Part shown: piece by piece, positions 6,487-15,511 of the stretch
Layout: each line of letters starts with the position of its first letter
Position numbering within the stretch: the first letter of the stretch is position 1
NCBI RefSeq assembly: GCF_001548275.1
Contig: NZ_AP014945.1
Coordinates: 750,001 to 782,000, forward strand
Origin: Caldimicrobium thiodismutans
GTDB taxonomy: Bacteria > Desulfobacterota > Thermodesulfobacteria > Thermodesulfobacteriales > Thermodesulfobacteriaceae
Reading direction: 5' to 3'
DNA length: 32,000 nucleotides
Notes under the pieces: model-generated
The model's input: only the letters and a program-made list of their open reading frames with translations
The model's database searches: none
Told to the model about the DNA's origin: nothing
Position numbers and translations under genes: made by a program

Positions 6487-8622
6487 ATGCTCTTAAGAAG
6501 AAGTGTTTACTTATTAATACTACCAATCTTTTTAATTTTAGTATCTTGTACAATTCCATTTACTGTTAATATTGAACCACGCTCTCAGATTGAACAGCCA
6601 AAAGACATTCAATCTATAAAAATTCCTTATGCTGTGGAAATTTATTTTGATGAGAATGAAGTTAAAAGTTATCGTGACTATCGCTTTGGTGATCGTGATA
6701 TTACTTATATATTTCATACAGGTAAATATTTAAAAGATGCTATTAATTTTTATGTATATCCTCATTTTGATCCAAATTCTAATAAAAATATCATCCTGAA
6801 GATTCAAACTTTTGATATAAAGGGTTACCATCCAGAAGAAAGAATTTTTTCTCTTGGGAAAAGTGCTGTAGATATAATTCTCAGAACAACAATTTATTAT
6901 GATAACATAATTCTTTATAATATTTACACAGAGGGGGCTTCGGTGGTTAAGGCTCAATTGGTTGACTATTCCATGTGGGATGCTGCCAATAATGCCATAA
7001 TTGAGGCAGTCAAAAAGATCCCGGCTCAGGTGGCAGAGGTTCTATCGAATCCAGAAGTTGCACGGATTAAGTTAAAAGAAGATATAGAAAGGAGATTAAA
7101 AACTATACCAATAGATTCTACCACTAAATCTAATTATGTCTCTGATTATATTGCCCTTGCTAATATTTCTCGCTTAAGTAAAAATTATACCGAAGCGATT
7201 GCAGCTGCCAAAAGAGCTTTAGAACTCTCACCCGATGAATCCGATGCTTATGCCGTTTTAGGTCTTTTATATAAGGAACAGGGGCATTACAAAGAAGCGG
7301 AAAATTACTTTAAAAAAGCAATTGAGCTTGACTCTAAACAGCGTCATTCTTACAAATTAGCTGAACTGTATCTGGAGAACGAAAATTATAAAGCGGCTAT
7401 AGAGTTTTTGAGAAAATCTTTAGAGCTTAAAAAAGATAACTTTGAAGTCTTATTGTTGCTTTCCATAGCTTATATGAATACTGGTAACTATGGTGAAGCT
7501 CTTGATTTTTCAAATAGGGCCATTGAATTAGCAACAGTCACCGGCATAGGTGTGAGGATAAAACTTAGTGATGATAAAAGTTATCCAGAGGTGGTAAGTA
7601 TTGTTAGTTCAGGTCCTGCTGATAGAGCGGGAATAAAAGTAGGAGATAAAATTACAAAAATCGGTGGTCAATCTATTAAAGGATGGGATATAAATAGAGT
7701 AATGCAAGCACTAAAAGGAGATGAAGGTTCTAAAGTCTCTCTAACTATAGAAAGAGAAGGATCTTCTAAAGCGATGGATTTTTCATTAACAAGAGAAAAG
7801 GTAATATTTAATAAATCCGATACAGCAACAGCTTTTGCAGTAAAAGCTTTTGCTTTCTACGGTATGAATAAAGTAGATGAATTCTATAAAAATGCGGAGA
7901 AAGCATATCAACTTGATTCAAATAATCAATGGGCAAGAAGCTCTATAAGTGCAGCCTATATTGAAAAAGGTCAATACAATGAGACTTTACAAATTCTTTC
8001 AACCATAAAAGATAGCCCATTTGATAGAGTGCTTGAGACTATTACTTATACTAAACTTGGAAATACAGGAAAAGCAGTAGAAGTGTACAAAAGCATACCA
8101 GAGAATTATTTTGAGACGAAAAGCGCTTTCAGAAAAATTTATATCACTAAACTTCAAAACTCCATGAAACCATACAAAGAACACAAGCTAAAGGTTGCTA
8201 GAGATTTTGAAGCAAGTAAGCAGTATAAAGATGCCATTAAAGAATATAATGAGTATCTAAAATTTGCTGATGATAAAGAAGCAAAAGTGGTGAGAGCTCA
8301 TATCGCTGAACTTATAATGAGATATCCACAATATTTTACCCTTACTGAGGAAGCAAGAAAGGCAGTAATAAGGGCAGAAACCTATACTTCTGAAGGAAAG
8401 TTTGAAGAAGCTATAAAAGAATACAAAAAAGCTTTAACAGAATCTCCCTTTTTTCCTGCATTGTATAAGGCATTAGCCTTAAATTTTGCTCAACTTAAGC
8501 AATATAGACAAGCCATTAAATACATGAATATTTATCTTGACCTCTATCCTGATGCACCCGATGTAAGGGCAGCAAAAGACGAGATTTATAGGTGGGAATT
8601 TTTGATGGAAAGGGGAGAATAA
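6487..8622 (+). CDS. lipoprotein with an N-terminal unknown domain, then TPR repeats - PDZ - TPR repeats
   Basis: GAGGTGAT Shine-Dalgarno. Lipobox-like signal ...FLILVSC. Several TPR units (e.g. AYAVLGLLYKEQGHYKEAENYFKKAIELDS, LLLSIAYMNTGNYGEALDFSNRAIEL). PDZ: VVSIVSSGPADRAGIKVGDKITKIGGQSIKG. Further TPR-like helices run to the C-terminus. Confidence 0.8.
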   Translation: MLLRRSVYLLILPIFLILVSCTIPFTVNIEPRSQIEQPKDIQSIKIPYAVEIYFDENEVKSYRDYRFGDRDITYIFHTGKYLKDAINFYVYPHFDPNSNKNIILKIQTFDIKGYHPEERIFSLGKSAVDIILRTTIYYDNIILYNIYTEGASVVKAQLVDYSMWDAANNAIIEAVKKIPAQVAEVLSNPEVARIKLKEDIERRLKTIPIDSTTKSNYVSDYIALANISRLSKNYTEAIAAAKRALELSPDESDAYAVLGLLYKEQGHYKEAENYFKKAIELDSKQRHSYKLAELYLENENYKAAIEFLRKSLELKKDNFEVLLLLSIAYMNTGNYGEALDFSNRAIELATVTGIGVRIKLSDDKSYPEVVSIVSSGPADRAGIKVGDKITKIGGQSIKGWDINRVMQALKGDEGSKVSLTIEREGSSKAMDFSLTREKVIFNKSDTATAFAVKAFAFYGMNKVDEFYKNAEKAYQLDSNNQWARSSISAAYIEKGQYNETLQILSTIKDSPFDRVLETITYTKLGNTGKAVEVYKSIPENYFETKSAFRKIYITKLQNSMKPYKEHKLKVARDFEASKQYKDAIKEYNEYLKFADDKEAKVVRAHIAELIMRYPQYFTLTEEARKAVIRAETYTSEGKFEEAIKEYKKALTESPFFPALYKALALNFAQLKQYRQAIKYMNIYLDLYPDAPDVRAAKDEIYRWEFLMERGE

Positions 8623-8723
8623 GGAAAGATTGAACATAGTTGAGCAGAGGCTAAGGATTGGGTAGATGAAAATATAGAGAAAATAAAAAAGGAAGAATAA
8701 AAACTAAGAAAAAGGGGGTGTAC

Positions 8724-9911
8724 ATGGTTAAAAAAAACTTATATATAATTATATTTTTTCTTTTTGCAGAAATTATTCTGGCTCGTTCAGCTTATTCTCA
8801 AAATTTACCAACTCCAGGTATGGTCATTGATTGTTATTCAACGCTTGAGGCTTGGAAAAATGACGCTAGTTTGAGAAATTATAATTGCTATTGTCCAAGT
8901 CCAAATTCAAGACCTGTTTGCACTTCTAATGGTGGAGATTCCCATTCTACTCCTTCAGCACCCAGTGGGCTTTCACCCTCTCAGCAAATACAGCTTATGA
9001 TGATTCAAAGTATTCTACAGCCTTTTTTTAACTCTGTTTTTAATTTTGACAATCTATTTTCACCTCCCTCAAAAGACACATCTTTTCAACAAAAACAGCA
9101 AGAGATTTTAAGGAAACAACAGGAAGAGGCTAAGAAGAAAGCTATGGAGGCATGGAAAAACCATTTAAAAAAGGCGGAAGAACAGGCTCAAAATGAAGCT
9201 TTAGCAAGGCAGAAAGCTGGGCAGAATATTCTCTCTCAGGTTAGAATTGGGGGAGGTCCAATGGGAAGTTATACCATAATTGGTCCCAGGGCTCCAGAAA
9301 GAGAAACTCCCACATCAATCAACTGGGATAGTCCCAGGGCAACTATATCTACTGCTAAATCTTCTGAGACAGCAAAAGAACAGCTTTTGAGAGCTATTTA
9401 CTTTTCTAAAATGGCAGAAACATTCTTACAGTCTGGAGATCTTGAAGCAGCAAGATTTTATGCTGGTCTTGCTTTTGAAGGTGGAGCAAATGCTCCAATC
9501 CTGATCGATTATAAACCTCCTAAGGAGCTTCTTGATGCTATAAATGATAAAAAAGTAGCTGAATTAAACAAGCAATATACAAAATTTGCATCTTTTTATA
9601 AAATTGTATTACCTATGTTTGAAAATCTTCAAAGTGTTTATTACCAACTTGAACAGATTAAATATAAAAAAATAGATTTACAAAGAAAAATAAAAGAAGC
9701 TGAGAAAGAGATCAAAGAAATAGAAAGAAAAAAACAGATAACTGAAACCCAAGAGAAAAAATTAGAAAATGATGACCTTCTTGCAAAGGCACTGGCTTTA
9801 AAACAACAAGCGGAGGCTGAATATCAAGAGGCTTTACAGAATGAGCATAAGCTTTTAAATGAGAAGCAGGAAATAGAAAATAAGCTTGCGGAGATGAGAA
9901 ATAAAATTTAG
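8724..9911 (+). CDS. exported Cys-motif / coiled-coil protein (same architecture as 3646..4746; uncharacterised)
   Basis: AAGGGGG Shine-Dalgarno 5 nt before ATG 8724; the track starts at GTG 8718. Signal peptide ...ILARSAYSQ. Cys module: DCYS...NCYCPSPNSRPVC. S/P-rich linker, then QLMMIQSILQPFFNSVFNF. Q/K/E-rich coiled-coil segments flank a TPR-like stretch. Confidence 0.75.
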   Translation: MVKKNLYIIIFFLFAEIILARSAYSQNLPTPGMVIDCYSTLEAWKNDASLRNYNCYCPSPNSRPVCTSNGGDSHSTPSAPSGLSPSQQIQLMMIQSILQPFFNSVFNFDNLFSPPSKDTSFQQKQQEILRKQQEEAKKKAMEAWKNHLKKAEEQAQNEALARQKAGQNILSQVRIGGGPMGSYTIIGPRAPERETPTSINWDSPRATISTAKSSETAKEQLLRAIYFSKMAETFLQSGDLEAARFYAGLAFEGGANAPILIDYKPPKELLDAINDKKVAELNKQYTKFASFYKIVLPMFENLQSVYYQLEQIKYKKIDLQRKIKEAEKEIKEIERKKQITETQEKKLENDDLLAKALALKQQAEAEYQEALQNEHKLLNEKQEIENKLAEMRNKI

Positions 9912-9934
9912 CTGATGAAGAAAGATGAATAAAT
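9795..9934 (+). repeat. right copy of the ~140-nt direct repeat (partner 2211..2350)
   Basis: See the left copy. This copy is the intact 3' end of 8724..9911 plus about 20 nt downstream. Confidence 0.85.
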
Positions 9935-10273
9935 TAGAAAAATTTTATATAAATCTCGGAGTGAGTTATTAGGTAAAGAAATTTCAATCAGACTTTATGC
10001 TACTGATAAAACTAAGGAAGCCATTGAAGCACTGAAAAAAGAATTACACAAAGAAATTGATATTTATAAAACATGCAGTAAACTGGGTAAATTGGGACAC
10101 TAAGATGTTAAAAAAAGAGAAGGTTTGAAAGGAACATTAAATCTACCCACGGTGATTATATTTTCATGATATAGATAACTATTATGTTGGGATTACAGCC
10201 TGACCTGTTGGATCATCTTATCTTTGGCAGTGATTTTTGAATAAAACTTTTGAATAAATTAAAAAGGAGTCAA

Positions 10274-11500
10274 CTATGAAAAATTATAAGCATAGTAAAA
10301 ACCTCCTTGAGAAGGAATATTATGATAAGTAGTAGAAGGATCAAAATATTTTTTATATTTGAGAAGTGCATAAATAATTCTCAAAAGTTTATGAGCGGTG
10401 GCCAAAACCGCTTTTTTATAAGGCAATCCTTGTCTTTTTCTCCTCTCAAAATAGCTCCAGAATATAGGATTGTGTCTGATTACATTAATACTCATAAGCC
10501 ATACAACCCTTCTCAAATGCCTATTTCCTCGTTTAGAAATCTTGCTCTTTCCTTTAAAGTTTCCAGATTCATAAACAGCAGGATCAAGTCCTGCATAGGC
10601 AATCAATTGTTTGTAAGATTGAAATCTCTTTATATCTTGAATTTCAGCAAGAAAATGAAGCGCTGTAATTTCTCCAATTCCCTCAATAGAAAGGAGGATA
10701 TCAAGGTCCTGGCAAGCGGAAATCTCTTTACAAGCGGATTTAAGAAGTTTTTCAATTTCTTTAAGGGTTTCCTGAAGGAAGAAGAGTTCTTGAATGGTTC
10801 TGGAAAGAATATATTCTTTTGCGGGCCAATTTTGAGCTATAGAATATTCAGCAAGGGCTTTTATTTCTTTAGCAGAAATGGCGGGTTTTTTACCTTTTTG
10901 AGAGGAGAGTATATTTTCAATTTCCTCAAGAGAGGCTTTTTTAATAGCTTTAGCAGAGGGGAATTTTTCAAGAAGTTTAAGAATGGAGGTATTGTAGATA
11001 TTGACGGTTCTTTCAAGTTCAGGGAAGGTAACGACCACAAGTTTTTCGAGGTTATTTTTTCTTTTAGCGATTTCTTGAGAAATTCTTTCTCTTTCTCTGG
11101 CAAGGTCTTTAAATTCTTCAGAAGTAAAGGCCTGGGGAGGTAGTTTTTGATGGAATTGAGAAAGGAAGATGGCGATAGTTTTAGCGTCTATGGCATCGGT
11201 TTTGGTTTTTCTAAGAGAGAGTTTAGCAAAATTTTTAATGAGAATTGGATTAAGGATGACGCAAGTGAAGTTATGATTAACGAGGTAGGTGATGAGATTA
11301 AGATGATAACAACTGGAGGATTCAATACCGATAAGGATGGATTTTTTTAAGCCTTGAGGGAGAGCTTTTGTAAAGGAACTGATGCCCTGGTAGTCAAGAG
11401 GGTAGGACTGGTTAAAGAGGACATTTTGAGAGGAATCAATGAGGCAGGCATGAAAGAAGTTTTTGGAGACATCAAGGCCTACAAAGTAGGTGTAGTGCAT
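10274..11500 (-). CDS. IS110-family transposase/recombinase (DEDD RuvC-like N-domain + Transposase_20 C-domain)
   Basis: N-terminus MHYTYFVGLDVSKNFFHACLID is the hallmark G(I/L)DV(S/A)K start. TDAIDAKTIA is present. The C-terminal part has LLSIEGIGEITALHFLAEIQDIKRF (HhH), YAGLDPAVYESGNFKGKSKISKRGNRHLRR and ATAHKLLRIIYALL. Confidence 0.9.
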   Translation of the reverse strand: MHYTYFVGLDVSKNFFHACLIDSSQNVLFNQSYPLDYQGISSFTKALPQGLKKSILIGIESSSCYHLNLITYLVNHNFTCVILNPILIKNFAKLSLRKTKTDAIDAKTIAIFLSQFHQKLPPQAFTSEEFKDLARERERISQEIAKRKNNLEKLVVVTFPELERTVNIYNTSILKLLEKFPSAKAIKKASLEEIENILSSQKGKKPAISAKEIKALAEYSIAQNWPAKEYILSRTIQELFFLQETLKEIEKLLKSACKEISACQDLDILLSIEGIGEITALHFLAEIQDIKRFQSYKQLIAYAGLDPAVYESGNFKGKSKISKRGNRHLRRVVWLMSINVIRHNPIFWSYFERRKRQGLPYKKAVLATAHKLLRIIYALLKYKKYFDPSTTYHNIPSQGGFYYAYNFS

Positions 11501-11526
11501 AGGTGGACCTCCTTTTATTTTGTTTT

Positions 11527-11670
11527 AGTAAGGCAGGGGACCTGCTCACCAATCCTCCAACTTGACGAGGGTTTACAAACCCAACCAACTTATAATGGTT
11601 TAAGCAGGCAGGCAACAAACTCCACTGAGGGCTTAAAAGCCCAGGTAAAATGGAGTTGCCCTGCCTTACT
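11527..11670 (-). ncRNA. candidate IS110 bridge RNA (two internal-loop stem-loops closed by a 12-bp stem) in the transposase 5' leader
   Basis: Closing stem: 11527-11538 agtaaggcaggg pairs with 11659-11670 ccctgccttact. Arm A: 11618-11624 aactcca pairs with 11651-11657 tggagtt, tipped by hairpin gggc-ttaaaa-gccc (11629-11642). Arm B: 11541-11546 cctgct pairs with 11603-11608 agcagg, plus acca/tggt, tipped by hairpin gggttt-ac-aaaccc (11569-11582). The heptamer ccaactt occurs on both sides of arm B (11557-11563, 11585-11591). Confidence 0.5.
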
Positions 11671-11867
11671 CTCTTTTCCATGTTTCTATTATAACCCCTA
11701 TATATGCAAAAACTTAGGTAATAACATAACAAATTTTTCGTAGGAGGTAAATTACACTCCAATCTGTGAAAGAAACACAGACAAGAATGTCTGTGCTACA
11801 ACAGACCCACAAAAAAAATTCAAAGGGTATAAAATTTTAAACTCCTACTATTTAAGTCTCAAAAGAT

Positions 11868-12491
11868 ATGGACTTATACACAAGTTTGACAAAAGGGCTT
11901 TTTGGTATTATTTTAAGGGGAAAAAGAAAATTCGGTGAAATTATGCAGGAATTAAAAAATTTAGCCCAGTGGGGTGTTAATATTGATGATATCCCTGCTG
12001 AGGGGCTATGGGTTGAATTTGAAGACTTAAAAGAATTAAATGCGGACCTTAAAATAGTGAAACCCTTTTCAGGCTACCTTAAGCTTCAAAAAATGGGAAT
12101 TGAGGTTGAGATAAAGGGACATCTCAAAGGTTCTCTTGAAATGACCTGTGATAGATGCCTTGAGCCTTTTGAATTTTCAATAGATAAAGATTTTGAAGTC
12201 CTTCTTATCCCTAAAAAGACCCTTGATTTTGAAGAGGAAAGGGAATTAACTTCTGATGAACTTGAGGTTAGTTTTTATGAAAACTCTTTTATTTCTTATT
12301 CAGAAATCCTTCACGAGGAGATTATATTAAGTCTTCCTTTTAGAAAACTCTGTCAACCAGATTGTAAAGGCATTTGCCAAATCTGTGGAACCAATCTTAA
12401 TCAAAGGGTTTGTAAGTGCAGTAAAATTAAAAAGGATTCACCCTTTGCTATTTTGAAAGAACTCGTTAATCCTGCAGATAAAAACATATAA
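11868..12491 (+). CDS. yceD: YceD/DUF177 family protein (large-subunit rRNA accumulation protein)
   Basis: It lies immediately upstream of rpmF, which is conserved synteny. Motifs: [12 protein letters not shown] and the C-terminal [23 protein letters not shown]. The true start may be ATG 11943 (MQELKNL...), which gives a more typical size of about 180 aa. Confidence 0.8.
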   Translation: MDLYTSLTKGLFGIILRGKRKFGEIMQELKNLAQWGVNIDDIPAEGLWVEFEDLKELNADLKIVKPFSGYLKLQKMGIEVEIKGHLKGSLEMTCDRCLEPFEFSIDKDFEVLLIPKKTLDFEEERELTSDELEVSFYENSFISYSEILHEEIILSLPFRKLCQPDCKGICQICGTNLNQRVCKCSKIKKDSPFAILKELVNPADKNI

Positions 12492-12504
12492 AGGGGGTTT
12501 AGAA

Positions 12505-12687
12505 ATGGCTGTTCCCAAAAGAAAGACTTCTCGCTCCAGAAAAGGAATGAGGTGTGCCCACCAGGCTCTTACAGCACCATCTGGAAGCATTTGTCCAAAA
12601 TGTAAGTCCTTTAAAATGCCTCACAGGGTTTGCCCAAGTTGTGGATACTATAAGGGTAAAGCCTTTCTTGAAAAAGAAGAAGTCTAA
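12505..12687 (+). CDS. rpmF: 50S ribosomal protein L32
   Basis: [17 protein letters not shown]-terminus and a CPKC...CPSCG zinc ribbon. GGGGG Shine-Dalgarno upstream. Confidence 0.95.
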   Translation: MAVPKRKTSRSRKGMRCAHQALTAPSGSICPKCKSFKMPHRVCPSCGYYKGKAFLEKEEV

Positions 12688-12696
12688 TAATTTTCA

Positions 12697-13704
12697 ATGT
12701 ATCGCATAGTTCTTGATGTAATGGGGGGCGATTATGCCCCCGATGCTATTCTTAAAGGTGCAAAGTTAGCTCTCTCTGCCTTTGCAGATCTTTCCTTAAT
12801 CCTTACTGGCCCCAAGGATGTTCTGAAAAATTTTCCAACCTCAGACAGGGTTGAGTTTGTCTATACCGAAGAGTGGATCAGAATGGATGAAGCTCCAGGG
12901 GAAGCTCTCAAGAAAAAAAAGGGGGCTACCATATTTAAAGGCCTCTCCATTCTCAAAGAGGGAAAAGCCCAAGCTTTTGTATCCGCTGGAAATTCTGGGG
13001 CAGTTGTAGCAGGAAGTATATTTATTCTTGGAAGACTAACTAAGGTAAGAAGGCCTGCGATTGCCACCATGCTACCCACCCTTAAAGACCCCATGGTATT
13101 GATTGATGCAGGAGCCAATGTAGATTCCAAGGCCTATGATCTCTATCAATTCGGCCTTATGGCAAGCCTTTTTTTAGAAACCATCTGGGGAAGAAAATCT
13201 CCCAAAGTTGCCCTCCTCTCCATTGGTGAAGAGACAGGTAAGGGCAATCAATTAGTCAAAGAGACCCATAACCTCTTTAAAACCTCTCACCTTAACTATT
13301 ACGGAAATATTGAGGGTAAGGCCATCTTTAAGGGAGATGTAGATATAGTTGTTTGTGATGGTTTTATTGGCAATATCTGTCTAAAACTTTCTGAAGGTCT
13401 TGCTGAAACCATCCTTGAGATGCTCAAAAACGAGGTCAAAAAATCCTATCTTTATCTTTTTGGCATGTATCTTTCTAAAGGGGCCCTACAGGCCTTTAAG
13501 AAAAAAACTGATTGGCGTGAATATGGTGGAGCTCCCCTCCTTGGAGTGAAGGGAAATGTAATTATTGCCCATGGAAAATCTGATCCCTATGCGATAAAAA
13601 ATGCGATTAGACAGGCCTTGCATTTTTCTAAAATTAATCTTTCAGAAAAATTAGAAAAGGCTATTCTTGAAAATGCCCTTGAGGAGGAAAAAATTGGAGA
13701 CTAA
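12697..13704 (+). CDS. plsX: phosphate acyltransferase PlsX
   Basis: MYRIVLDVMGGDYAP, SAGNSGA, DGFIGNICLK and APLLGVKGNVIIAHGKSD are typical PlsX motifs. It has the rpmF-plsX-fabH synteny. Confidence 0.95.
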   Translation: MYRIVLDVMGGDYAPDAILKGAKLALSAFADLSLILTGPKDVLKNFPTSDRVEFVYTEEWIRMDEAPGEALKKKKGATIFKGLSILKEGKAQAFVSAGNSGAVVAGSIFILGRLTKVRRPAIATMLPTLKDPMVLIDAGANVDSKAYDLYQFGLMASLFLETIWGRKSPKVALLSIGEETGKGNQLVKETHNLFKTSHLNYYGNIEGKAIFKGDVDIVVCDGFIGNICLKLSEGLAETILEMLKNEVKKSYLYLFGMYLSKGALQAFKKKTDWREYGGAPLLGVKGNVIIAHGKSDPYAIKNAIRQALHFSKINLSEKLEKAILENALEEEKIGD

Positions 13705-14683
13705 GCTTCGTTCTAACATTATAGCCTGCGGTATGGCTGTTCCTCCAAAGATCCTCACTAATGCTGAGCTTGAGAAAATGGTTGAAACCAGTGATCGGTG
13801 GATTATAGAGCGCACAGGCATTAAAGAAAGGCATATCCTCAGAGAGGGAGAAGTTATAAGCACTTATGCTGTTCAAGCTGCTCGAGAGGCTCTAAACAAA
13901 GCCTTCTTAACACCTGAGGAACTAAATCTCATAATCTGTGCAACCCTTACTCCTGACTTTCTTATGCCCAGTCTTTCCATTTTGGTTCAAAAAGAGCTTG
14001 GAGCTATAAACGCCGGAGCCTTTGATCTTTCTGCTACCTGTTCAGGCTTTCTCTATGCCCTGAGTCTGGCAGATCAATTTGTAAAAAACAATCCCACCTG
14101 GAAAGTGCTTGTGATTGGAGCTGAAGCCCTCTCAAGAAAGACTAATTGGGAAGATAGATCAACCTGTGTGCTTTTTGGTGATGGAGCTGGGGCCGTGGTT
14201 GTGGGAGCCTCTCAGGAAGAAAGCGGAGTTCTCGATTTTATCCTTGGTGCTGATGGCTCTAACTGGCCTCTCTTAACCCTGAAAGGGGGAGGATCTGCTT
14301 ATTTCCCCTTTGATGAAAGGCTTCCCAAAGAGGAGTATTATATCAAAATGCAGGGAAGAGAGGTCTTTAAGATCGCAGTAAGAATGATGGAAAAGATTGC
14401 CCTTGAACTCTTAGAAAGAAACGGACTTTCAGCATCTGACCTCTCCTTAGTTATCCCCCATCAAGCCAATCTGAGAATCATAGAATACCTGCGAGAACGC
14501 CTTGAATTACCTCCTGAAAGGGTCTTTGTAAATATTCATAAATATGGAAATACCTCTGCAGCAAGCATCCCTATTGCCCTTTACGAGGCAGAAAAAGAAG
14601 GACGATTAAAAAGAGGAGATCTCCTACTTATGGTCTCCTTTGGAGGAGGCTTTACCTTTGCAGGAATTCTTATGCGCTGGTAA
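13694..14683 (+). CDS. fabH: 3-oxoacyl-[ACP] synthase III (FabH)
   Basis: Motifs: TSDRWIIERTGIKERH, active-site ATCSGF, HQANLRI and GNTSAASIP. I prefer the TTG at 13694, which has GAGGAGG 6 nt upstream and gives 329 aa, over the track ATG at 13667, which would overlap plsX by 38 nt. Confidence 0.9.
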   Translation: METKLRSNIIACGMAVPPKILTNAELEKMVETSDRWIIERTGIKERHILREGEVISTYAVQAAREALNKAFLTPEELNLIICATLTPDFLMPSLSILVQKELGAINAGAFDLSATCSGFLYALSLADQFVKNNPTWKVLVIGAEALSRKTNWEDRSTCVLFGDGAGAVVVGASQEESGVLDFILGADGSNWPLLTLKGGGSAYFPFDERLPKEEYYIKMQGREVFKIAVRMMEKIALELLERNGLSASDLSLVIPHQANLRIIEYLRERLELPPERVFVNIHKYGNTSAASIPIALYEAEKEGRLKRGDLLLMVSFGGGFTFAGILMRW

Positions 14684-14692
14684 GCTCACGCC

Positions 14693-15508
14693 ATGAAAAA
14701 ACCTTCCCTTAATCCTGAAATCTACTACCGAATTTTTGAAGACTTCCCTGGATATCTGGCTATTCTTGATGAAAAGGGAAACATTCTTGCAACTAATGCT
14801 TTCTGGCAAAAAGAAGCTATGCGAAAGGGGCTTCTCGTCAGACCAGATTGTGTAGGATACAATTATATCAATCTTTGCGAAAAGGCAGAAGGAGAAGAAA
14901 GGGAATTTGCTGAAAAGGTAAAAAATGGGATCCTTCTGGTTATTAAAAAGAAAATTCCCTTTTTTTCTCTTACTTATAAGCTTACAGATGACAATTCAAA
15001 GGCTTTAAAAAAGTATCTTTTTCTTTTCTTTCCCTTAAAAGGTAAACCCAGGGTCTTTGTGCTCCTTCATCAGGAATTACCAAAAGGTGAGGTTTTTCTT
15101 CCCCTTCTTGAAACCTTCGAAGAGGAAAAAAGGCCCTCTTCACCTCCCTCTGGATGGCTCTCTTTCCTTTCGGCAGTTCTTTACCCCTTTTTAAATCTTC
15201 TTCAAGATAAGCTTGAGCCTGAGCTTGAAAAGATGAGACTTGAAATTCTAAATAAAATAAAGGAATTTGAAAAGGAGACCCTTTCTTCTCTGAATCCCCT
15301 TGCAGTATTAACCACCAAGGAGGCTCAGATTGCCCTTCTGGTTAAAGAAGGTAAAACCTCTGAGGAAATTGCAAAGCTTCTTAACCTGGGGAAGGATGCC
15401 GTTGATTTTTATAGAAAAAAGATCCGTGAAAAACTTGGCTTAAAGGGATCGGAAATCTCTCTTAAAGATTACCTGCAGGACCTTTTTAAGTTTTCCTCTC
15501 AAGATTAA
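14693..15508 (+). CDS. PAS-like sensor domain + LuxR/GerE-type HTH transcriptional regulator
   Basis: The N-terminal YRIFEDFPGYLAILDEKGNILATNAFWQKEA is PAS-like. The C-terminal LTTKEAQIALLVKEGKTSEEIAKLLNLGKDAVDFYRKKIREKLGL is a LuxR-family HTH. Confidence 0.75.
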   Translation: MKKPSLNPEIYYRIFEDFPGYLAILDEKGNILATNAFWQKEAMRKGLLVRPDCVGYNYINLCEKAEGEEREFAEKVKNGILLVIKKKIPFFSLTYKLTDDNSKALKKYLFLFFPLKGKPRVFVLLHQELPKGEVFLPLLETFEEEKRPSSPPSGWLSFLSAVLYPFLNLLQDKLEPELEKMRLEILNKIKEFEKETLSSLNPLAVLTTKEAQIALLVKEGKTSEEIAKLLNLGKDAVDFYRKKIREKLGLKGSEISLKDYLQDLFKFSSQD

Positions 15509-15511
15509 AAG

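Larger units (their letters stand above)
10200..11760 (-). mobile_element. IS110-family insertion sequence (boundaries approximate)
   Basis: It holds a single DEDD-type transposase ORF and a ~250-nt structured non-coding 5' region. No terminal inverted repeats are visible, as expected for IS110. The ends could not be defined from a single copy. Confidence 0.5.

Noticed and set aside
9933-10103. 56-codon open frame between the island and the IS110 element (...SRSELLGKEISIRLYATDKTKEAIEALKKELHKEIDIYKTCSKLGKLGH*)
   Set aside because: It looks protein-like but has no ATG, GTG or TTG start, no Shine-Dalgarno and no recognisable motif. It may be a gene remnant but cannot be supported.
10307-11143. 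278-aa plus-strand ORF, together with 11147-11350 and 11354-11743
   Set aside because: They are antisense to the well-supported IS110 transposase or its structured leader. They have low-complexity F/K/S-rich composition and no motifs. These are shadow ORFs.
11852-11864. 13-nt exact repeat ttaagtctcaaaa, also at 29797-29809, both about 15-130 nt upstream of plus-strand genes
   Set aside because: An exact 13-mer match is expected by chance in a 32-kb AT-rich window. Flanking similarity is marginal (tcct..., ...atatg).
13667-13693. ATG 13667 as the fabH start (track annotation)
   Set aside because: It would add a basic 9-aa extension and overlap plsX by 38 nt. TTG 13694 has a GAGGAGG Shine-Dalgarno at ideal spacing and gives a typical 329-aa FabH.
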